A DNA stretch of 64,000 bases from Dimorphilus gyrociliatus (taxonomy: Eukaryota > Animalia > Annelida): contig CAJFCJ010000028.1 in NCBI GenBank assembly GCA_904063045.1, forward strand, positions 124,001 through 188,000. The letters are read 5' to 3'. The notes beneath the pieces are model-generated. The model was not told the DNA's origin and did not search any database. It saw nothing but the letters and a program-made list of their open reading frames with translations. How positions within the stretch are numbered: the first letter of the stretch is position 1; each line of letters starts with the position of its first letter. Made by a program: the position numbers and the translations under genes. Of this stretch, positions 38,101-50,399 are shown piece after piece.

Positions 38101-41100
38101 AAGAAAGTTGAAAATAGATACTGTGGATAGAGGTATTTTAAAAAGAAATCTAAAGAGTCAAAGAACAATTAACTGTATTCTACACTATTCAATTCAACCA
38201 CTTTTTCACGACGATACTACATGTAAAAAGTTTCGGAAGCTAACTTTATTTAATTTTGAATGGCTATTACAAAAGATAATCGTCTGTTCAATATCGGATC
38301 TCTTATTAGATATTTTACACATCTTATCGTTTTGTTCAGTATGTATTAAGATTTTAATTATGGCTTGTTCGTCAACTTTAAATATTTACTTGCTTCATTT
38401 TCTAGCACGAAGAAGTTGAATTAATGAATGATTTTCTGTGCTTGATATCTTTTTCACTTCGCTTAAACCCTCTAGCTTTAGCAACGGAGGTAATAGAAAG
38501 CAATAAATAATCATAAATTCACTCTATTTTATAGCTTTATTTATCCTTTAGATTGTATCTCGATTGACTGCAAAGGTTCTATTAGAAAAAGAAGAATTTT
38601 TTGACTTAGTTTCGTCTGCTAAAGATTGGATTGAAAAATTCCATGGTCCTTTAATATATCCCATACATAAGGCCTATTATAGCCCTGGTTCGATAATACG
38701 TTCTAGAATTGTGGGACCGCAACACTTTATAGGTAAATAAGCCAAACTTTAAAACTATTGTGTTTTTAATTGATAAAAAATGTTAAAAATTTATATGTAA
38801 TTATATTAGCAATTAGTTCATGTGAACAATTTTGCCTCGCGTCAAGTGGTTTCCATGGATTAGCTGTTTATAGTTTAAAATCTAATGATCTTATTCATAA
38901 ATTACATAAAAAATGGAAAGCGAAAATTAATCATTTCGTTAAATTTTCGTCAAACGAGAAATTAATTATTGGTGTAGAAGATTTTAGCTTATATAATTCA
39001 CAAGATAATTTTCAAGTAATATACATATGGGAATTGGAATCTGGATGCTTAAAATTTAAGTATGCTTATTTATAATTTCCTCAATTATATTACTTCGATA
39101 TAATAATTTTAAACAAATTAGAGCTCGTTTACCTGGCCAACATACACCTGAGATGGTTATAACAAAGGATGATATGGTAGTTGCCGTATGTAGGCTTACA
39201 TGCTTTTGTTTAAAAATAGACGAAAATAATAGTTTGAAATGGATGGAGCTTGCTACTCCTCACGGTAATTATGAAAAAAGAATTAACTTTAAATAGTGTT
39301 TTTTTTGCTCATTATAACCTTCTTTCTTAGAAACTTTACATTCTGCTTTGTTCCTTTCTAATGGAGCTTATTGCATAACATTTGGAAAATCAGGTGTGTC
39401 TGGACAAATGGTTCTTTGGAAATCCAGTTCCTTTGAGATACAATCAGTCTTCAGTAAAATTTCTTTTTATCATATAACTAATGCATTCATATTTTTCTTA
39501 TCTTGATATTCTTTAGATTTACCTAAATATACAATAAGAAAAGGTTTATTCTTGGAATTTAATGACGTAGTTATATTTACATATGAAAACAATGAGGAAG
39601 TCGGATTAGCAACTTACAGTTGTTTAACTTTGAATGGTAATTATCGTTGTAATGAATATTATTGAGAGTTCAATGCAATTAATTTACATTTATAGATCCG
39701 CCAATCCTACTCGATTCGTTAGAAAAGAGTACCTACGGCACAATTAAAGATATTGCTTGTTATCAAAATATGGTTACGGCTTGTACATCTTTGGGATATA
39801 TTTGTTTATGGAATATATCGATTTCAAACGATAAGAAAAGCGCTTTAATTTATTCAGTCAAAATAGATGATAATCTATCTTTAGAGAAGATTTGTATAAA
39901 GAAAGATTTTATATATTCAACTTCATCAAAGGGTAGATTATTTTCTTTCTCGATTGATAAAGCAACTGTTGTTAGGAGTATTCAAGCTCATGCCGAAGGT
40001 AAGTGAATCGTTTATCGGGCACTAACCACAGTCTATATTTTACCTTCCGTGATTTTTTAGCCAATATCAACGGTTTAATAATATCAAAGGATGAAAAAAC
40101 TCTATATACAACTGCTGCTGACTTATATATCAAGCTATGGAGAATTAATATGCTGGGTGAAAGAAATAATAGCTGGGAAAGCGAAAAGCAATTACAGCTC
40201 TCAGAAGAGGAAGGTTACTTTCGCGTAGCTGTTGATCAAAAGAATGAACGGATTATTACGTTATCTAATCGTTGTATTGGAATATGGGATTTTATGGCTA
40301 ATAGGATTAAAATTTTGAAAAAAATAACTCATTTTGAGACTGGTAGCGAAATATTTGTAAACGAAATGGGAGATATCTCCTACATTACAAGGTATTACGT
40401 AACAAAGGATATAAAATGAATAATTTTAACAAATTTTAAAATATCAACCTTAGAAATGAAATAGTGAAATGGAAAGCTGAAAATTTTGATGAAGTCTATA
40501 GAATATCATTCAAAAACGATATTGTAGCGTACAAAGATGGAAATCTATGGTTAATAGAGGGAAATTGTCTATTTTTATTGAAAGATGGAGAAGAGAAAGT
40601 TGAAAAATTGAGCGAAAATTTGTCTAAGAATAGTAAATGTTGCAAATTCCTTATAAATAAGGACGAAACAACGGCATTGTTAGGTATATTAATCTTGAAA
40701 GAGTAAACCGTTTTTCCATTTCTTTTAATACTTCAGCGTACGAAGAGGGTAAAGCTATACATCTTCAATCCTATAATTTAAAGTCTTTACAGATCGAAAA
40801 CAAAGCTGATAAAAGTAATGTTAATGCATAGTTACTTGCATAAATATATTATTAATCAAAGAAATATCATTTGTTTTTGTAGAAATAGCAGCAGAATATT
40901 CGATCGGAGAAAAATTATCACACATAAAGGGTTATAAAGAACTTATTAGATTAATTAATACTCGTACTGCTGTTGTTAGTCTACACAGCGGCGATATGAT
41001 TGTATTTGATCAATATTCATTGGAAATAATCAAGATTTTGAAATATTCGCAAAGCGGAATTAAAGCTATTGGAATATCAAATGATGAAGCATATTTAGCT

Positions 41101-41544
41101 GTTGGAAGAGCGAAATCTACAACCTTATTATATTCTATTAAAGATGGTTACACCCTTTGTAAAACGATCAAAGGCGAGTTTAACCAAGTGTGGAGCGTGG
41201 CATTCAATGAAAATAACACTCTTTTAGCCATTGGTTATAGAAATAACGTGATTGAAATCTATGATCTGAAGAGCGATAAATTGCTTGTTCAACATGTTTG
41301 TCATGCCGATTGCTATGAATTAATGTTCATATCTAACGATAAATTAATCGCCCAATTAGATTCTAAAGTTTATAGAAATGTTTGTTTATATAAAATGATG
41401 AACATGTAACAGTCATAACTATATATGATATTTCTTTAGATTTATGAGATAATAAACAGAAATCGAATATTTCAACTAAAATATTATGGTTTAATAAATT
41501 GCTTTATTATTTGGATATTTTTTATTAAAATTCAAATGAAATAA
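35146..41544 (+). CDS. NACHT and WD-repeat domain protein (NWD1/NWD2-like) with an N-terminal DUF4062-type domain; both ends approximate
   Basis: IKIFISSTFT|DMREERNNL...DMRWGI (DUF4062-type), TEKEIESG, Walker A GKSGVGKT, Walker B FIILDSLDQL, WYHRQF and many WD40-like exons. Confidence 0.85.
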
Positions 41545-41964
41545 CAGTCGTAAACTTTTTACAAAGTCACGATTCATTAGCGAAAATATAAACATCCTAT
41601 TTTTTAAAAAGGTCGCATTGTTAGAGGGCGCCACTCGGTCACAACGTTAACATTCATTTTAGTCTGCTATCTTGTATAGTTGAGTCCGTGATATTCTAGA
41701 AGTGACCGAAGGTTTGACATATAGGACTTTATGACATATATATACTACATATAGATAGATTATATATATATTCATATATATATATAACATTAATTAGGCG
41801 ATCGTTAGATCTTCATGAATCTCTTAGCAGAGAGAGCGCAGATTTTTATAAAAAACAAATTTAGATGTATCGGCAGGTTTATAGTAACCATAAGTAGATA
41901 AACTTGATATTATCTAATTGCAGAGGAGATAACATTAATTTCTCATTAAATTTTCAGAAAAACC

Positions 41965-44091
41965 ATGGCTCCAACAGGGGATCCAGGAGCAGACATAAAG
42001 ACTCTAGTTGAAAAAACGATAACTTCAAATGAAGTTGTAATTTTTAGTAAAACAACCTGTCCGTTTTGCACAAAGGTAATTGTTTTTTTTCAACGGCTAT
42101 CGCTATTATTGAATATATTATTGATTGGAATAAATATATATCTACAGGTGAAGACTCTGTTTAGATCTCTCAGTGTAGTTTATCATTGCGTTAACTTAGA
42201 CAAGCTTGGTAAATATAAACAGTTTTATTTATAAAAAAAATATATGTAAACTTTAAAATTTTCTTAAAATAGAAAATGGAGCTCAAATTCAAGAATATTT
42301 GCTGACTAAGACTGGGCAGAAAACTGTACCTAACGTTTTTATCAAAGGAGAGCATATAGGTAAATAACAATTCATTTAGATTGCTTTTTCGTTGTTGTTG
42401 TTGTTGCTGTTGTTGTTAATGTTTGACATTTTTTTAGGTGGCTACGATAATGTCTCTGCATTGCAAGAAAATTTTGAGCTAATGCCAAAATTGGTTACCC
42501 ACAATACTGACTATAAATATGATCTAATTGTCATTGGCGGTGGATCTGGAGGTTTAGCCTGTTCTAAGGAAGCTGCTAATCTTGGTTTAAGAGTTGCATG
42601 TTTAGATTTTGTCAAACCTTCGCCAAGAGGAAGTGCTTGGGGTCTTGGTGGTACCTGTGTAAATGTAGGATGTATTCCAAAAAAATTAATGCACACGGCT
42701 GCAATATTGAAAGAAAGACACGATGATGCCCAAAAATTTGGATGGGAATTCCCAAGTGGAGATGCTAGTCATAATTGGGAAACTATGAAAACTAACGTGC
42801 AGAACTATATTGGTAGCTTGAACTGGGGATATAGAGTTGCACTACGTGATAAAAAAGTGGATTATATAAATGCTTATGGGGAATTCATTGATAGCCATAC
42901 GTTAAAAATTACTAGAAGAAATGGAAAATCTGAAGAGATTACATCTAATTTTTTTGTAATTGCCACTGGAGGACGACCAACTTATCCAGATATTCCTGGA
43001 GCCTTAGACTATGGAATAACAAGCGATGATATTTTTTCTTTGGGATATAATCCAGGAAAAACTCTCGTCGTTGGAGCTAGTTATGTATCCTTGGAATGTG
43101 CAGGGTTTTTGGCGGGATTAGGTCTAGATGTCACTATTTATGTTAGATCCATTCTATTAAGAGGATTTGATCAGCAAATGGCCGAAATTATTGGAGAATA
43201 TATGGCTAACCATAATGTTAAATTTGTCCGTCCTTGCGTTCCTACGAAAATAGAAAAAATTACAGATGGTGAACCCGGAGTGTACCGTGTTACCGCAAAC
43301 GGACCCAATGGTGAGACTGTTGAAGAATTCAATACTGTTCTCTTTGCAGTTGGTAGGAAGCCTTGCACATCTGATATTGGATTAGAGAAGGTCCAAGTGG
43401 AAACGAACAAAAAGGTTAGAAGTCGCTTTATCAATTCGAAACATCTTAAGTATATTGTTTGTTGCTTAGGGAGAAATTATCGTAGATATAAATGAGCGTA
43501 CCTCCGTAGAGAATATTTATGCTGTTGGAGATATCTGTCAAAATAGACCAGAATTGACACCTGTTGCTATTCAGTCGGGAAAATTGCTTGCCCGTAGAAT
43601 GTGTAATAGGTCAACTGAAGTAGTTGATTATGATAATATTCCAACAACAGTTTTTACACCTTTGGAATACGGAGCAATCGGTCTTTCAGAAGAAGATGCA
43701 ATAGAGAAATACGGAAAATTAAATATCGAAGTTTATCATCAAAATTTCTGGCCATTAGAATGGACAGTAGCAGAACGCGAATCCAAGGTAAAGTTAATAA
43801 AAAAGTAAATTTACCGTATAGTTTCTGGAAAGCGGTGTTTTTCAATAGGTTTGCTATATGAAACTGATATGCGTAATCTCAGAGAATGAGCGAGTAGTCG
43901 GTCTTCATGTAGCTGGACCCAATGCCGGTGAAATTACTCAAGGCTGGGCATTAGGAATGCGAATGGGAGCAACCAAAAAAGATTTCGAGATGACAATTGG
44001 AATACATCCAACTTCATCCGAAACTTTCACTACTATGAATATAACGAAGCGCTCTGGCAAAGATGCCGGAGGTACCGGCTGCTGAGGTTAA
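41965..44091 (+). CDS. TXNRD3: Thioredoxin-glutathione reductase (Grx + TrxR), selenoprotein ending G-C-U-G
   Basis: Grx CPFC...[11 protein letters not shown] motif VIGGGSGG, active site [13 protein letters not shown] and GIHPT. The end reads GGC TGC TGA(44083-85) GGT TAA(44089-91). Confidence 0.95.
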
Positions 44092-44165
44092 GCCCTGTTG
44101 TTCTTTGAACAACGGGGCTTAACCTTGTTAACTTTTTTTCTTAAAATTGAGTGGCGCATTTCAAA

Positions 44166-44222
44166 TGCTTTATGACGGCTATTTCTTCAACTATACATTA
44201 GTGGAATTAGCCCGACCAGCTA
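44166..44222 (+). ncRNA. SECIS element in the TXNRD 3' UTR
   Basis: ATGAC core at 44172-44176, helix GGCTATTTC / GAATTAGCC, unpaired AA at 44189-44190 and 3' core CGAC. It lies ~85 nt after the Sec codon. Confidence 0.85.
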
Positions 44223-44420
44223 TTCATTTTAAGAAACTATACGCAGATGTTTGAGAGATAGTTCTCTAAGTTCTCTCGTATTAATAATACAATTAGAAAA
44301 TTTGACAAAACATGATCTCCATATCTATTTATTTTCTATAAAACATAGAAGAAAAAACATTTAACTCTGTATAATTAATTTTTTATTAAAGAGGATTTCA
44401 TTATTTCTACAAAGTCTATT

Positions 44421-45480
44421 CTACAGATTAATTTCACTTTCATGATCAATAGATTTACCTTCTCTAAGCTCTTTCATCATTTGGTTGATATTTGTTGTTG
44501 TAGTCTGAGCTGCTGGTCTAGAGATACTAACAGGGTTGACAAGTGTGTTATAAGGAGTTTGTCTCAATTGATCACTTTCTATCTTTATATTTGATAATTG
44601 ATTATTCTTTTCTTGGTTCTCTACACAGATAGAAGATTGTTTTTTCCTATGACACTTTGATGTTTTCTGTTTTTTGCCATTTTCTTTTTCTTGCTTTTTT
44701 TTTGTTTTGTGGCTCTTTTGTACCACAAAACATAGAGATATTATGCCGAATCCTGATAAAATAACAAAGATCAGTGTAAAAACCGGTACGTCATATTTAT
44801 CATTCGAGGCTGATTCAACTGCAAAGGCTTTCTGATATTGTAGACCTTCTGTAGTCTCTTCACATCTCGATCCTGTGTAACCTATTCGACAAACTCTTCT
44901 CCTACAATTTCCAGTATCAAGTTCGCAACCAAGAAGACAATTGATTGGACATTTAAACAAACAAAACATTCCCCACTTTTGTAATCCACTACAAGTAGCC
45001 GCCCAATTTTTTACAAAACCACTCCTCATCTTATACCAAAATTGTTCAAGATCATACAGATGTTTAGCTTCCGTCTCTGATGGTAGCATACTTCCTCCTT
45101 CATTAGTGCATCTGATACCGTACACATAACCGTTTGATCTACATCCTTGCAAACAAGTTCCATCTAAAGGATCGCAATTATTTTTAAGACAATCCCCGCA
45201 TCTCTGTAGGCAAAAAGCACCCCATCGTCCCAATTTCTTACACTGAGACTTTATCTTTTCGCCATCTTTTTCTAACATCTTAGTAAAGATCTTTTGAATC
45301 GTTTTATCATATAAAACATCACCTAAAACAGATTTTATTTTGCTGGTAAAGATAAAAAAGAATAATTGGAACCTTTTAATTAATCATTTTACCGCTTTTA
45401 AGTTCCCACTGTTCAGATTCAATCAAATAGAGTTTGTTGAAAAGAGATATTAAAAAAAAAGGAAATAAGTATATTAACAT
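44421..45480 (-). CDS. Small single-pass protein with MEGF/SCARF-type Cys-rich EGF-like repeats, 2 exons
   Basis: Signal exon MLIYLFPFFLISLF (phase-1 intron), repeats GRWGAFCLQRCGDC..C..LDGTC..GC and KWGMFCLFKCPINC...CELDTGNC...CRIGYTGSRC, and TM VFTLIFVILSGFGIISLCFVV. Confidence 0.7.
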
Positions 45481-46511
45481 ATCAATTTTAAATTTAGTTT
45501 ATATATAATTTTAAATTAGTTAAAGATCTTTGTTTATTTGAAATTTTACTAAATATTTTTAAAAATAATAACTTTCTTTTTACGTATGTTTATGTATTTT
45601 TTATTATTTACCATTAACTGTATAATTCTACCGTTATATCAATTAACAATATTTGTTTTACTCTTTACACGTGAATATATTAGTTAGTTAAGAAAGTAAC
45701 TTTTCATTTGAAATGATAATCAAGTTTTAGTACTGTTGACAAAAAAAAGTTTTGCAAAGTTTTGCTTACGTTTTTACAGACATAAAAACGTTTTGCAAAA
45801 AACAGCATGTGCAGCCGAAATCGACGGTAATACATTTCAGAACGTGGAGATATTATTGTCTTCCTTTAATGACATCATTAGTCTAATCAATTATTAATAA
45901 TTTCCCTAGTGTCTGTTAAAATATCTATATAAATATTTGTGAGTATCTATTCTAGAAAATATCTTAATTTGCCTAATGCGCATTAGCTAGATATTCTACT
46001 TAAAGATATATCTTTATATATATATTTTATTCACTTAGAAGCTTTTCTCTTTTCCACAAGTTTTCTCTTTCTCATATCTTCAAATATTTATCAGAAAAAG
46101 CATATTTATTTCTTTCGTCATTTCAAAATCAATAGAAAGAAATTTAAAATCATAGAGATGAGAATAGCATGAAACACATTGCATAAGTCTTACATTATTC
46201 ATATAAAAGAATGATTCTTATTGATGTCGTAAAAGTTTCAACAGATCAATCTATAAAGAGAGCGTACTGTTGTTAAATTTAAAGAAATAGTGATGATGTA
46301 CATCTTTTAAAATAACTACTAAATTGACCTTGCCCGCATTCTAACACATTTACTTTCCAGGATTGCAGTGTAAAAAGAAGACACACAGTAGAAGAACCGT
46401 TAGTCTTTTAAAATATTTTTTTCTCAGGTATATATACTAATGTTAATTAAGCAGAAGCAGTTTACTTCTTTACATTTTCACTTACAGGACTGTAACGCTA
46501 CTTCAATTGAC

Positions 46512-49059
46512 ATGTCTAAATTAGAAGGATATGAGTATTATAGGAAGAGTTTAAACTCTGCCAAGTATGTTGTTGCTCCAATGGTTGATGCAAGTGAATT
46601 AGCTTTTAGAATGCAATGTCGTAAACATGGCGCACAGCTATGCTACACGCCTATGTTCAATGCTGGTTTATTTGTGAAAAGTGAACATTATAGACAAGAG
46701 AATTTTACAACATGCCCAGAAGACCGACCATTAATTGTTCAATTTTGTGCAAATGACCCTAAAATATTTTTGGAAGCCTGTAAACTAGTTCAAGATCGTT
46801 GCGACGGTGTTGATTTAAATCTAGGATGTCCTCAGCAAATAGCTCGTAGAGGTAAGTTAAAAGAAAAAGCTGTCTTTTAAGTTTAATGATGATTAACGTA
46901 ACTTTTTATTAAATTGTTATCAATCTTCCTAGGTCATTATGGGGCTTTTCTACAAGATGAGTGGGAACTTTTAGAAAAAATGGTTAGTCTATGTCATAAA
47001 GAATTAAAAGTTCCAATAAGCTGCAAAATTAGGATATTTAAATCTCTTGAAAAAACCATTAAATATGCAAAAACACTTGAGAAGGCCGGATGTCAATTGT
47101 TAACTGTTCACGGTAGAACAAGAGAGCAAAAAGGAGTCTTAACAGATATTGCCAATTGGAAGTTTATAGCTGAGGTTAGAAAGAATGTGAAAATTCCTGT
47201 ACTTTCTAATGGAAATATTCAATATTTCTGTGATATTGAAAGATGCATAAATTTTACGGGAGTCGACGGAGTGATGTCAGCAGAAGGGTGCTTATACAAT
47301 CCTGCCCTATTTGAAGGAAAAACTTATGCAGCTTACTTTTTAGCTGAAGAATATTTAAATTTTACGAAAAAGTATCCATGTCCTCTAGGTTATATACGTG
47401 GACATGTATTTAAGATTTTAAATCCTTGTCTACAATGTGATATAGATGAAATGAGACGAGCGAGAGATCTAATAGCTGGCGCTCAAGCAGTTGACACATT
47501 TTATGAAGCTGTCGCAATAGTCAAGTCTACCTGGCTGAGTTATTACAGAGGTAAACATGGTTATACGAGATAATATTCTTTTTATTTATAATGGGTACTT
47601 TTTGCAGATTCCAATTTAAGTAATGAAGCCTTGTTTCCGCTGAAATTTGTTTGTCAGCCGTACGTTAGACCGCCTATAAGAAATAACGAAGAACAAAAAG
47701 AAGAATCGGTGAAATCTGGCAAACCAGATAGAAGAGATATTTTAAAGAGAAAACTTGAGGAAAAAATGAAAATTTCCGAAGAAGATATGAATCGTTTATC
47801 TTTGAAAAAGTTAAAAAAGTAAGTAATTTGATTTAAACCTTATGTTTTAGCAACATAAAAGTCTTAGGTGAATAACTTGATTGGAATTATGAAATTCCTA
47901 CATTTTCTACTTTTATATCCCAGTATCAAACATGAAGCGAGATTGTTTATATTATCCTTTGTTAAATGTTATTGGAAATCCCTATTTAAATGTTAATCAA
48001 AATACGAAGAAATGTTAGAAATAGGAAACAAATTATAAATCTTATCTGTTTAGACTATATGAAGGCAATTATATAGCTATATTGTATAATCAATATTGTA
48101 TATCTAGTAAGAAATATTTATAAACAAATCCTTTTTAAACTACAAAAAACAATTAGTATATCTCTTATTTCTTCGTCATACTTAGATATTTGTGAATTTA
48201 TTAAATACCATTTAATTAACAACTCAGAATTCTGATTTGGAATATTTGTCCAATATTTTTGGTACCGTAAAAAACTCTGTGGATAATGAATTGTAAATAT
48301 TATATATTATATAAAGTTAATATTATAGATATTCTTAATTCAATGAAGAACAACTAATGTTGCTTTTCGTAATGAAGATAAATCTATTTCGTATTCTTAT
48401 CTTAAAAAATAATACTAATTCCATATTGAAATCTAGTCTTCTGGAAATAGAATAAAAGTATGTTTCAAGGAAGGTATTAGCTGCTTTTCTCATGAAATAG
48501 AATTTTTTTATTAGCAGAGAATGACGTTAAATCTATAATGGTTAACTTAGAACTTGTTTCGTACAAAACGACTATTATTCGAGCAAAACTTTGAGTACCT
48601 AGCATTAGTTATAATAAGAAGAAAAGTGAACTTTTTGTTTTAATAAATAGAAAAGTATTTATGCTGAAGTATTTTTTATAAAGAGGAAATTTAGTATAAA
48701 TAAACATAAACGACGTAACTTATGTAATGATTTCCAATTAGTGTCTCATTTTGTGGTATTTTGCAGGAAAATTATCTCAATATAATGAATAATTTTTTGT
48801 TAGAATGAAATATTCTAATATTGTTAATTGTATCATTTTCTCTTTTTTTCCCCATAGATTATTGAAAAAGCCTAAGAGAAGAAAAATTCCAGAATACTCT
48901 AACAATCTAGACAAATGTCGAAATGACTTGTGCCCAAATCCAAAATGTTTACTTTGTGAATTCAAGATGTGTAAAAGTTGCTGTAGAGTTACTGCTAAAG
49001 AAAAATCAATAAACTGTACAAAACATCGTTCGTTGTGTGTTGAAGAAAGTTCTAAATAA
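46512..49059 (+). CDS. DUS1L: tRNA-dihydrouridine(16/17) synthase, multi-exon with a ~1 kb last intron
   Basis: [10 protein letters not shown]...[41 protein letters not shown]|[23 protein letters not shown] and a C-terminal Cys-rich region CRNDLCPNP...CKSCC. Confidence 0.95.
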
Positions 49060-49450
49060 ATTAAAATACAATTGTGATTGTTATCTATAAAATTTAATTA
49101 AGTTTTGCTAATTCTACGAAAAATAACAACGGATAATTATTAATAAACAGGAGATTGTTTGGTCTCATTCAATAAAATATAGATTTCATTTCATTTAACC
49201 CGATTTTTATTAATATAATTAGAAAAGTTAAGATATAGGAGGAAAATCTAAAAGATTAGATCTGATTGGTGTTTATCTTTCCTTGAGGGCACTAATAGCA
49301 ACTTCCGATTCAGCAACTTAAGGCTGTTTTTGCGGAAAGAAAAGTGAATCGGAACAGGAGACCCTACATATCACTTATTACCCTTATTATCGCCTGAAAA
49401 TATTTATTCAATTAAGTATAATATATACGTACTTTTAAGCAAATTTAGAA

Positions 49451-49896
49451 ATGTCAGATCAACAAGAAACAAATAATCTATCTCCTCAACCTTTCACAGC
49501 ATCTACAGCTTTAGGTATAAGATATATTAGATATTTAAAAAATTATAAAGAATATCCCTATTTTTATTGTATTATTATTCCTATTCAGATGCCTTAGACG
49601 ATATCATAAAAGCATTAGAAAAACCTGAAAATGATATTAAATTAAGAGAGGCTAAGGAAAGTGCCGGCAATGATATGCTTAAGATGATGCAACTTGTGTT
49701 TCCTTTGGCCACACAAATGCAAATGGAAGTTTTGCCAAAATACGGATTTACATCAGATGGAGATGGATTGATAAGATTTACACAAAGTGTTAAATTATTA
49801 GAAAAACAAAGCAATGAAATTGCTACTCTCAATTCAAAGCTAAGATCTCTTTTGATGCCACCATTGCAGTGTTCTTTGCCTAATGATCTGGAGTAA
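49451..49896 (+). CDS. C12orf57: Protein C10, 2 exons
   Basis: EAKESAGNDMLKMMQLVFPLATQMQMEVLPKYGF..DGDGLIRF. Confidence 0.9.
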
Positions 49897-50399
49897 ATTT
49901 AGATGAAATTTTGTTTTTTATACATATATATATATATATATATATTATATGGTGCTTCTTTAATATTCAGTATATATATTTAAAAAAATCTATGATCATT
50001 TGATATGTATATAGTTGAATATAGTAATTTTCCAATAAAATACCTCTATCCAATCTATTGAACGTTTAAATCCATCAAAATATGATGTTATTCTCATATT
50101 TGTATGGGCTGTCTTATGTTTATTTATATCTCGTTGACTATTTTTAGCTTTGAGATCTCAGCATATGCAAATTATTTTTTTGGTTGTAATCCAGGATTCA
50201 TAAACAGAATTGGCCTCCTTTCCCACACCCCTCATCTTTCTTACCCGCCCTTGCCTTGCCAAGTTTTTTCGATCTATTGCCCAGAATCTTAAGTAACCGC
50301 CTAAAACTATAAATAACAAACTATTGGATCTTTTGGTATTTTTCATTTTTTTTGTTTATTTTTTACTTAAAGCTTATGCAAATAATTTTTTTATTAAGT

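Noticed and set aside
12938-42148. Stop-free introns with lengths divisible by 3 (TM7SF3 intron 1, NWD ~35739-35795, TXNRD 42077-42148) suggesting regulated retention
   Set aside because: A rough expectation for ~60-nt AT-rich introns gives several such cases among the many introns here, so three is not an excess.
49303-49354. 10-bp inverted repeat TTCCGATTCA/TGAATCGGAA upstream of C12orf57
   Set aside because: Too short, with a long loop, and no recognisable RNA family.
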